From Octopus sinensis (taxonomy: Eukaryota): a DNA stretch of 64,000 nt. The notes beneath the pieces are model-generated. The model made no database searches and was not told the origin of the DNA. It saw nothing but the letters and a program-made list of their open reading frames with translations. Every line of letters starts with the position of its first letter. Within the stretch, counting starts at the first letter, position 1. Positions 53,085 through 64,000 of the stretch are shown here, in pieces. Location: positions 113,026,001-113,090,000 of the forward strand of contig NC_042998.1 in NCBI RefSeq assembly GCF_006345805.1, in the 5' to 3' direction. The translations under genes and the position numbers were made by a program.

Positions 53085-56070
53085 CGGAAGTCCTGCGGCG
53101 GTGCATGCAGAGCTGACGGGTTGGAAGCATGTAGTCAGCGACCTGCACGTAGGCAGCTCATGCTAGATATAAAGTCGTCTCCTAGTCGCCCAATACAGCA
53201 ATAGGATTCAGTTGTTGCATGGGTGTCTAAGCAGCTCCATTTGGAGAGGTTACTGCTCACTCGGAGGCCGGGGAGGTTCCAAAAGAGGTGAACCAAAAAT
53301 TGCCTGTCTTTCTATATCTGGTCAGTTTAGCGCGATTGGCGGATGTCCACTCTGCGCTCGAAAAACAAGGAGACATTCTTTTATAAAATCTGGATAGAAC
53401 TTGAACATTTCATGTTGGAATGTGCGCACTCTGTAGGATAACAAGAGTGATTGTAGGCCTGAAATACGCACTGCACTTGTTGCTCGCGAGCTGAATCGCT
53501 ATAACATTGATTTAGCTGCACTTTCAGAGACTCGTATAGAAGGTGATGGTCAGCTTGAGGAAATAGGGGGTGGATACACCTTCTTTGGGAAGGGGAGGCT
53601 GAAGGAGGGGCGCAGAGAGGTTGGTGTTGGCTTTCCAGTTCGATTTGATATCTTTAAGAAGTTGGGGGAGCTTCCTGTTCTTATAAATGAACGTCTAATG
53701 ACTCTACGATTGCACCTGAAAGGTAGACGGTTTGCTACTCTAAGTGCCTATGCACCTACTTTGACTTAGTTGTAATGAAAATAAAACTATTTTTTATATC
53801 CAGCTGAGAGCCATACATAGGAAAATCCCCAATTCTGATAAAAGTCGTTCTACTGGGGGATTTCAATGCTAGGGTTGGAACAGACTAGCAAACATGGAAC
53901 TCTCTAGGATGTTTTGGTGTAGGGAAAATGAATAGCAATTGTCTCGTGCTGCTGGAGCTTTGCGATGAATATAGACTTTACATCGCTAGTACTCATTTTA
54001 TGCACAAAGGTGATCACACAACAACATGGATGCATCCAAGGTCTAAAGTTTGGCACTCGCTGGATTATGTCATCATCCGAAGGTGTGACATCTATGACAT
54101 TTGTAATGTCAAGTCCTTTCATGGATCGGAATGCTGGACAGATCCCTGTCTGGTGCGAGCAAAGTTCCGGATGAGGATTAGAGTGAAAGGGAGAAGAGAG
54201 CTAGTTGGCATTCCTCAGCGTCTGAATGTCCACAAGATATATGATGCTGTGTCGAGGAATGAGCTTCAGACTTGCTTGTCCAGCATTGAAAATACTACAG
54301 TATGGGAAGATTTTCAAGACCAGGTTCTTCAATGTGTTGCTGAAACACTGGGATATGCTACTGCCAGACACAGAGACTGGTTTGATGAAAATGATGCTGA
54401 CGTTCAGCGACTATTGGCTGTAAAGCGCCAGGCCCACAATTTATTGCTGCAAAGAGGACTTACGGCTGTGCCGCGAAATATAGCACTTGCCCACTATGGC
54501 GTGTAAAATCACTACTGCAGCAATCTCTCAGGAAGATGCAGAACATTTGGTGGGAGGACTTTGCTCGTGATGTTCAGGCTGTTGCTGATGCAAATGACAG
54601 CAAGAAGCTTTACTATCTTATGAAGCAAGTTTATGGGCCTAAGAGCTCTGCATCAGCTCCTTTGTTTTCCAAGAAGTCTTCTACTCTATTTAATAAATCC
54701 ACAGAAATCACAGGTCGCTGGATTGAACGCTTCTCTGAACTCCTGAACAATGAGTCAGCTGTGGATGAAACAGTGATTAATACTATGCAACAAAGACCTA
54801 TCACTGGCTCTTTAAATTCCACGCCCTCAATGGATGAGGTAATGACAGCAATAAGTAAATTGAATTTTGGTAGGGCATCTGGGAGGGATGGAATTTGTGC
54901 TGAGGTCTTGCGATTTGGTAGTGATTACATCATACAGTCCCTTCATGAACTTATTAGTGTAGTCTGGAGGGATAGTGCAATGCCTAAGGACTGGAAGGAT
55001 GCAATTATTCTTCCTTTCTATAAAGGAAAAGGAGCCAGAATAATGTGGTAACTACAAAGGTATTGCTCTATCAGCTGCTGGCAAGGTTCTGGCAAATATT
55101 CTTCTTACTCGCCTGAATGGGTGCCTCGTAAATGATGTCCTAACTGAATCACAATGTGGCTTCTGATCTGGTAGAGGTAGAGGGACAATGGATATGATTT
55201 TGACAGCATGACAGATGCAGGAGAAGTGGTTTGGGCAGAATATGGATCTTGTCCAGGTATTCATTGATTTAACCAAGACCTTTGATACTGTGAATAGGGC
55301 CTTGCTATTGAAAATACTTGGCAAACCTTGGATGTCTGACTCACTGTGTATCTATAATTAAATCATTTCATGATGGGATGGCGGGTTGCGTCAATGTTGG
55401 TGGTGGCATGGCGGGACCCATTCCTGTAGAGAATGGTGTCAGCAGGGTGAGTCCTTGCCCCAACTCTCTTTTCTTTGTACTTTACTACTGCTTTTACTCA
55501 TGCTTTTGTTAAGGTTAGCTCTCTGGGAATATAGTCAGGTATCGATCTTCTGGCTGCTTCTTTAATCTGCGCCGATTTGCTGCCAATTCAAAAGTTTTCT
55601 AGTCTCTTATTCGTGACCTCCTTTATGCAGATGACTGTAATTTAGTCACTCATACAGTGGATGACATGCAAATACTTATGAATCATATTTTTGCATCTTG
55701 CAAGACATTTGGACTCAGCATTAGCCTGGACAAGACTGTTGTAATGTTCCAGCCTGCACCAGGAAATCCATATGTGGAACCAGCTATCTCGGTTGAAGGA
55801 ACAATACTGAAAGTGACAGACGAATTTGTCTACCTAGGCAGCACACTCAGCCGTTCTTGCACCCTGACTGATAAAATATTTTTCAGACTACAGCAAGAAA
55901 CTGATTCCTTCCGGTCTCTTCAGTCTCGTGTCTGGTCCCAGCATGGCATCACAAGGCAAGCAAGAATTACTGAGTGCCGCGCATGTGTACTGACATCGCT
56001 CCTTTACTCAAGTGAGACATGGACCCTTCACAAACTTCATGTAAAGGTCCTTGAACGCTTTCATCAATAA
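53085..56070 (+). mobile_element. RTE-clade (BovB-like) LINE, 5' UTR plus APE and RT, degenerate and 3'-truncated
   Basis: WNVRTL, ALVARELNRYNIDLAALSETR, GDFNARVG, WMHPRSKVWHSLDYVI, GRASGRDGI..WKDAII, DLTKTFD, LLYADD-like motif, FVYLGSTLS and LLYSSETW. Many frameshifts; the 5' boundary is approximate. Confidence 0.92.
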
Positions 56071-56082
56071 ACAAAGAAACTT

Positions 56083-56112
<30 letters not shown>

Positions 56113-56113
<1 letters not shown>

Positions 56114-56524
56114 GGCATAGGAGTGGCTGTATGGTAAGTAGCATGCTTACGAACCACATGGTTCCGGGTTCAGTCACACTGCGTGGCACCTTGGGCAAGT
56201 GTCTTCTACTATAGCCTCGGGCCGACCCAAGCCTTGTGAGTGGATTTGGTAGACGGAAACTAAAAGAAGCCCGTCGTATATATGTATATATATATGTATG
56301 TGTGTGTTGGTGTTTGCGTGTCTGTGTTTGCCCCCCCTCCCACCACCACCACCACAACCACAACATTGCTTGACAACTGATGCTGATGTGTTTACGTCCC
56401 TGTAACTTAACGGTTCGGCAAAAGAGACCGATAGAATAAGTACTAGGCTCAATTTGCTCGATTAAAGGCGGTGCTCCAGCACGGCCACAATCACATGACT
56501 GAAACAAGTAAAAGAGTAAAGAGA
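56113..56524 (+). mobile_element. SINE family B, full length, abutting the truncated RTE
   Basis: aggcataggagtggctgtatggtaag head and gactgaaacaagtaaaagagtaaaag tail. Confidence 0.92.
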
Positions 56525-59500
56525 TAAACCATAACAAGTCAGGCGGTATAAAAGGTGAATATATTTACTTAACCGAATGTCATCGTTAGGGTTACAGTTG
56601 TTTCTTCATGTAATGATAATTTCAGTGCCTAATAAATTGTGTTTACATTCTGTACTGATATGCATGCTGTGCATTATACAATACAATTGCGTATCCACAA
56701 ATCAATGCAGATAAAGAAAGCTTGCGTATCAGATCACAAGAACATCGTGGTTACACCAATGATTCAACTCTCTACCTCCTGACATTTTATCGTGTATATG
56801 TTCCTCATGAAATAATTTCATCGATTGCATCTCCTGGACTTCAGCTGCATGGAATTCTGCATTGGATTACTATGTGGTCTGGTAGCCGAGTCCACTGGAA
56901 GAGCTTTCTTTGATAGCCACACGATCCTATGAATCCATACATTACACTACAAATTTATACGCACACACGCACGCGCACATGTATACGTGTGTGAGTGTAC
57001 GAGTGAGTGAACAAACAGGAAAATAGCACTCCACACATTTAGTAGGTGTTACATATATTTTTTAAATAAGAATTTGACTTAGCTCCATATGACTTAGAGG
57101 TTCGTAAGTGCGTAGGACGAACTAATCCTATTAGGTGCGTTCGTCCTATGCAATCACGAACCTTGCAATTAATTGGAGCTGGGGGGGACTGTGTTTAAAC
57201 TTGTTTCCAGATGATGGTATTCAAGTGAATATGAACGGTCTTCAATAAAAATGAAGTGACATTAAGAATGGAAATGAAAATGGTGCACGAGTTACTGATG
57301 ATGTGATAAGAGGCATCATATCAACTGGATATTGTGTTCTGTAAGTGTGGTGACACAACATACATCTCTACAAGTTTGTTAGTATAAATATTTCTGCCTA
57401 TTCCTGACAAAACCCCTGCAAATGTCACAACCGACTGACGTTGCTTTACATCCTATACATCGGAACATTGTTGAAACTGTTTCTTTAATTGCTGGGTATG
57501 CAGGACGAGGCAAAACCCTATGGCGTTCACGGGTTTACCCAGACTTTTGAGATTGTTACCATGAAGCGTTGCCAGTCAATACTCGTAAGAAAGGGAGGGA
57601 GTTTCAGAGAGCCGATCATTTTCGAATGAACGACTGGGTGTAATAACTTGTACGCGACTTGAAGGTGAAATGTGATGAGAGGAAGTGAGACGAACCACTC
57701 ACGAATACAGTAGCGATAGAAAATGCGGAGAGCAGATACAGTACACTTGTGGGTCAACGGTTAGAGCGAGTGACTTTACGACAATTAATCGGTTCATTCT
57801 TTTCTGAATATAATGTATATCTTGCCTACGAAATGTTCAACAAAAAAGATCTTGGTTTTGTCCATGTGTAGATATTTCAATAAATACCAATTCAAAGGCT
57901 ATTCCAGCTACAAACGACGTTAATAGACCACCACTCGAACAGAACATTTGTAATTGATTATCTGTACAATAATAAAGTAATAGTAATTCTTTCACATAAC
58001 ACCATTAAAATGCGTATTTGACACCTATAACTATATATTCTCAAACATTATATAATTCCTCTTATCCAGTTCGAACAAACACGCGCACGCGAGCGAATAT
58101 ATGTATGTATATAAATGGGCAATCCAACGATTCTAACTATCAAACAGATTAATAAAATACTTATACTTTCCATTTATATTCCATATATTTCAATATGTAA
58201 TTCTAACACAGTACTTAATACTTTACCGCAAACAAGAATGTTCTTAACGCGTTTAATTTGTTACAGTTTCAGTAACTTAATCAGTTTACTATGTTACGTT
58301 TTCTTTCATGTAAAAATCTAAATTCTTATCCAAATATTCCTAGCAATCAGGCATTTAATATACACTAAATATTAACAGTATATTTCATTATCTAATTCAT
58401 GCAAGTTCAGTAAGGGCATGTGAAAACATTTACCTAATATTTTATTCTTGGCGTTCTTCAATTCTTGAAATTATTTGAAAATGAGTAGAAATAGAAGTAT
58501 CAGAAAAAAACCACTCATGAAAATAAAACCATTCTTATAATGTGTGAAAAGGGGTGTGCCTAGTGGAACCCCCATGTCTAAATAGTGGAACTACAAACCT
58601 GCAGCGACAAAAATATATTAAAAGTTGCGAAGAGCCTCTGCATATATGAGATCTGTATCCATCATAACCTTGGGAGTTCTGAACATTATCTTGTCAGCAG
58701 CTCAGAATACTTACTATTTTTGGTTTTACCTACGAAGGGATTAATGAAGAGATTACGGGGGCTTCAATTTCTACATAAAACTAGCTATTAACAAAGCAAT
58801 ATTTCTCAAGATATAATCCAGCAACTTACCTTTGACATTTATTGATTGACATGACAAAGTTTAAATATTCAGGGAACTGGAACCTTTTAAATCAGTAGAG
58901 CAAATTTCTTCTCTTGGTATGAGTGGAATTTTGAGTATAATTACAACTATGCTTTTGCAACATCCAGTGATATTGGTATTATTGATGCATGCGGCAGAAG
59001 CTTCTTAACCAAGTCAGATGGTTTGGTTCTCTATAACATAATGCAATATAGTGCTCCTTTGATCATCCATTGCGGTTAAGCAGCCAAATGCACTTGGAAC
59101 ATCAATGCAGATTTCCAAAGAACCACAGTGGTGAAACGCGCAGAAAAAAAGTCATTTAAGCTTGTGCTTATCGTAATTTATCGGAGGTCGCCATTTTGAA
59201 TGCCTGCCTTTGTTAACTTAACAAGGTCAAGGTGAGCTCTGATTGGCTGTATATAAAAGAGTTCATTACTGGGGTCCGAAACTCTCGTGCGAAAAAAATT
59301 TCGCGACCAGGCCTGCGCTGCTTAACCACAGGACACCTGCCGGGCGAAAGCTTTTCACCTTTGATTCCAGCCTCATTTGCACCATTATTTGGTACACTTG
59401 TATGAGACATTTTCACTCAATGTTGAGGTTAGCCACCAACCAGTATTTTTATCAAGATACCACCTCTAGTAAGATTGTCAACCAAGACAGCATAGCTCTT

Positions 59501-60320
59501 ACTACCCATAAGTTGGGACTGTTCCCATTCGCATTTCTGAGTGTTGGGGACCATGTTCATGATTCTCACTAGGAGCTAGGTGGACATCAGTCGGTCCCGT
59601 ATCCTCATCCAAACATTGCTCGAGAAATAGATCCCGATTCGTGGTTCATTTTCCTCCATACCAAGCATGGAGCCGTTGGACACTGACAGACTGTCACCAA
59701 TGTGACTAAGAAGTCCTATCTACCCCAGTTTTAAAATCAGAGTGTTCCTTCTCCAAGACAGTCAACCAAGGCTCACAGGTTCTGTCTACCCGTCTATGGA
59801 ACGGCCATTTACTCTCCTGAGTTCCTCTACTTTTTGCAGGATTTTGATTTTAATCCCACAATGTTCCAAACTTCACTCTCCTCACCTAGCAAGCTTAGTG
59901 GGGTTTTCGGCTTCGTCGCCGACGGCTTGACCACGTGACGGTTGCACAACTCCACTGCTTAGTCCACGATCTGAAGATATTTTCCTCGTACTAATCTCAG
60001 AGGCCCTGCTGCCCTTCATCTGACAAAGACATACAAAAAGATTTGAACTAAAATTTTTAAATGATCACCGAATTCATACATAGTAAAGGTTGGAAAACTA
60101 TAGTATTTCAAAATTCACTATAAGTGTATGTGTACAAACACACATACGCACGCACACACTCACATATGTACACATACACACACATATATATGTGTGTGTG
60201 TGTGTTTATATACATATATGTATATGTATATATACATGTGCACGTGTATATATATGCATGTGTACATGTGTGTATATACACAGGCACAGACACACACACA
60301 TATATATATACATACACGCA

Positions 60321-60419
<99 letters not shown>

Positions 60420-61991
60420 CATACTTTTTGAAAAGTTACCTTGAAGAGACGCACCTTCACCTACGATGAATGACAATTGTTTGTACACCATCTCACCTAT
60501 CCGTTGCATGATGGGTCGAAACGATCGTGGTGGCTCTGAATGAAGAGTCTCGTAAATTCCATTTTCTTTCTCTCACATTTTATATAAACTTTACGGACAC
60601 AAAGGAATTCTTGAAATAAATCCAGCAACTTATACCTCTATACTGTTGTTGACATCAAGTAGTAGAATACTCTAAACAGCATACTACAAGGTGTATGTGC
60701 TTGTGTATGTGTGTGTGTAAGTTTGTGTGTGAGTGTGTGAGTGCGTGCGCATGTGTTATTAATAATAAGCAAGTAGGCTCGTGGACAACAATGACCCTAC
60801 AAATATGTATTTCTATACATTTATTACGTTTAACTGCTCATAACTGAAACATGTACAAAGGCGTATTTAAAAAATGCCGAAGAACACTTTATATGTTCCT
60901 ACTATGTAATAATACTTGAATATTTAGATCATGAGAAAATATAGAGCATAATCTCGTTAAATTCATGTTGCAAGTGCTTCACATAAAAAGAAGAGAAAAC
61001 AGGGCAGAGAAATAGATGGATGGATAGGTGTCGACATTACAACACAATGATAATTAACTTCTTTCAACTAAGTATTCTCATAGTATTACAAAAAGACAAG
61101 TGGAAAGAGCTGAGAGCACATCTCGCAGAACAAATTGGCAAAGCACCGTGTGGAGTCTGATTTAACTCTGACGAGGGACCCACATCGCCAGTTTATATAG
61201 CCCTGAACAAAACTTTCTGGAACATTCGAATTGTAAATTGGTGGTAAGCTTACATAGCTCACTTTTGATGATTGCCTCCGTTAGCCGATACATGCCAGTC
61301 ATTTTTATTTAGTTATTTTCCTTCCAAATTTATATTAACTAATTAGTATTGATAGAAACAGGCTTGACTGCGTGAAATAATAGTCCCTAAAATTAAATCC
61401 GGTTCAAGAAAGACAAGCAACAATCCATTTCCTAATTCTGATAAATCAAAAGGAACCAATCAATAGAATTTCTAGAGCTTTGTGTTTTGTTTTAGAGTAG
61501 TTCTTCAAATAATCACTTAATTAAAAATTGATTCGAGCAAGAATTAATACAGGTAAGGAATACCATGTATTACGTACGTTACAAAAATACATTTATTATA
61601 AACACTGAGACTAGAAACATGAAAGGCATCATCTTCAATTAGACATCAACGTATATGTTTCATAATGTTTGAGCAGCATACTCTCAATGTGAATTGTTTA
61701 GAAACAACCTCAAGCAGATAATTTATTTGAACTATATCTATAAGTGGGAAATATAAATGAGAAACATTTACAAATAGTCGACAACGGTGTATAGGATTTT
61801 GGTCAATTGGTTGATTAAGTGTACATTTAATAATTTTGGTTCCAAAGGAAGAAAACAGAAAACATTTCTTCTGTATTTTGTTTCGTCTTTTCAAGTAAAG
61901 CATGATGGTGTTGATGTTTCTCTGATTTATTGCTGAACTGAAAGTATGGTGAACCAGCAGGAATATCATAGTAACATATTACTCAACTGAC

Positions 61992-62024
<33 letters not shown>

Positions 62025-62027
<3 letters not shown>

Positions 62028-62215
62028 GGTGACGAGCTAGCAGAATGCTTAGCAGTATTTCGTCCTTCTTTATGTTCTACGTGCAAATTCCTCTGAGGTC
62101 GACTTTCCCTTTCATCCTTTCAGTATCAATGAAATAAATATCACTTAAGCACTTGGGCCGATGTAATTGACTTGTTCCATCCCACAAAGTTTCAGGTCTT
62201 ATGCCAATAGTAGAA
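62025..62215 (+). mobile_element. Degenerate SINE family A monomer
   Basis: ggtgacgagctagcagaatgcttagc..gaggtcgactttccctttcatcc. Confidence 0.7.
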
Positions 62216-63412
62216 AAGAAAAAATAAGATGATTATTCATCTGATTGAGCTACCGTTTCTTTCTCAATAAAGGAAATAGTCCAATACATCCTCAGTTTTT
62301 GTAAGTGCAATCAATGATTTAATCACTACTATCATTCAAACAAACATACATAGAAGTACCGAAACGTGGTTAGAGGATAACGGGAATATAAGAATATAAC
62401 TAGTATGCCTATTCATTTTAAGTTGTAATTTGTGAACAATACCGCAGTAGCTTACAGGTTTCCATCAGCCCAATCGTTGGTCCATTGTATTTCTGACAGT
62501 GAGAGTAATAAGGGGGTGTGTTTAACTTGGGTTAACACAAGGAATTTCGTACTTAAAGCAAGGTTTTTTTTTTCTCGCTAGTGTTTATGACCTTTACTAA
62601 TATAGAGCGAAAAATTTACAACTCTGTGTGCGCGCAAACACTTGAGTATATATGTACGTGTTGTCGTTTGTATATAAGTGTATTTGTGTGTGTATTTATA
62701 TATTTATGCGACGGACTTCTGCACAGATTCTATCTTTCAAATTCTACATTCCATAAGGTGATAGCCAACTTAATGATTAGATAGACAACACTTGCTTAAG
62801 GTGCCACTCGGAACGACGTCATTGTGAAGCGAACTTCTGAAACATGCTATCATGTCATTTGTCTGTTATATTTGGAAATTCCTTTAAATATATTGATGAG
62901 ACATTCAAGAAACTGTTTCAAAGAATTCCAAGAGTGTGAAAAACGATATTGAACAAAAAAAAAAGGCGTCAATTTTGAATAATCCAAAAATGTAATATGA
63001 AGTTACCTGTTTAATAATTTTGTTTTCTTTGAATCAAACTATTATTTCCTAGTTTTGCGCCGTCATTTCTTCAAAATACAGAAAACCATCAACAACATCA
63101 TCATCATCATCATCATCAACAACATCACCATCATCTCCATTATCATCAAAATCATTATCATCACAAACAAATTAATATTATATGCTCTGTCTTTCAACCT
63201 CTAAACAATATGAGCCTTAAAGATGCGTTTCTATTTTTTTTACGAGAGCTCCAAATTGTGTTAAAATATTACGTGTTTTTGGTCTGATTTGTAACGCAGC
63301 CGTTCTCGATATTTTCAACAAACGCTTTACTTGTGAAAGTCTTCAAATTATTTTGATTTAAAGCTGATGCCCTAACCGCTTCAGATATGTATTCGTTCTA
63401 AATATCTTTCCC

Positions 63413-63587
63413 ATGATTGGTGGCATTAGGAATCGGGCTTCCATGAAGAAGCATCAAAAACATCAACCCAAGCATGTTGACCCGATGAAAACCGATTCAA
63501 AACGGAAAGAAAGAGAAAGACATTACTGTTGTGTAAGCAACAGAGAAGTACTGTCAAAACGTGATTATGTGGTGTTGAAAACTCTAG
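63413..63587 (+). CDS. TSSK: TSSK-like kinase gene D, exon 1; remaining exons lie beyond the window
   Basis: The ORF ends in EVLSKRDYVVLKTL+G with a G|GTAAGC donor at 63588 (phase 1), homologous to gene C exon 1 (LLKRDYIVTRSLG). Start is 63413 or 63443. Confidence 0.78.
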
Positions 63588-64000
63588 GTAAGCAACACGA
63601 GTAACTAAATCTCACAGATTTTAAAGTTTTAAGCATATACATTCGCACATACACACATACATACATACATACATACATACATACATACATACATACATAC
63701 ATACATACATACATACATACATACACACATAACACACATACTCTACAATCGTACACACACACACACACACACATATCACACACATACTAGACATTCTCAC
63801 AAAATGTAAAACACATACTTATTTATTCATACATATACGAAGCCAATGGCAGGAACCTCCACGCAATAACTCACCGTGCTAGAAATTGAGCCGAATCTCC
63901 CTCAAATCACTTTACTGTTTTAAAAAGGAAAGTCTTTGAATGTTATTCTAGAAAAAGACAGTGGTCATATAATGTTTTTAATTATATAAATCTATTCATC

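Overview
This is AT-rich, microsatellite-dense eukaryotic genomic DNA. The SINE and LINE repertoire looks like that of Octopus or another coleoid cephalopod; this is inferred from repeat content and not confirmed. The only host protein-coding content I can support is a tandem, same-strand (+) array of at least four testis-specific serine/threonine kinase (TSSK)-like paralogs. All share a 3-exon architecture (intron phases 1 and 0, exon 2 exactly 302 nt). Gene A shows only its last exon (6358-6855, with DFS instead of DFG). Gene B is complete (22793-22865, 29277-29578, 33684-34160; 283 aa). Gene C is complete (40140-40323, 48581-48882, 51941-52399; 314 aa). Gene D shows only its first exon (63413-63587). 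The rest is mobile DNA: mariner, hAT, piggyBac-type MITE, Helitron/Helentron-like pieces, microsatellite-targeted RLE (R4/Dong-like) retrotransposons, RTE, CR1/L2, Tx1 and Penelope remnants, and two tRNA-derived SINE families. There are also several near-perfect fold-back palindromes and many SSRs. I found no rRNA, true tRNA or CRISPR. All alignments and counts were done by eye, with no database searches.
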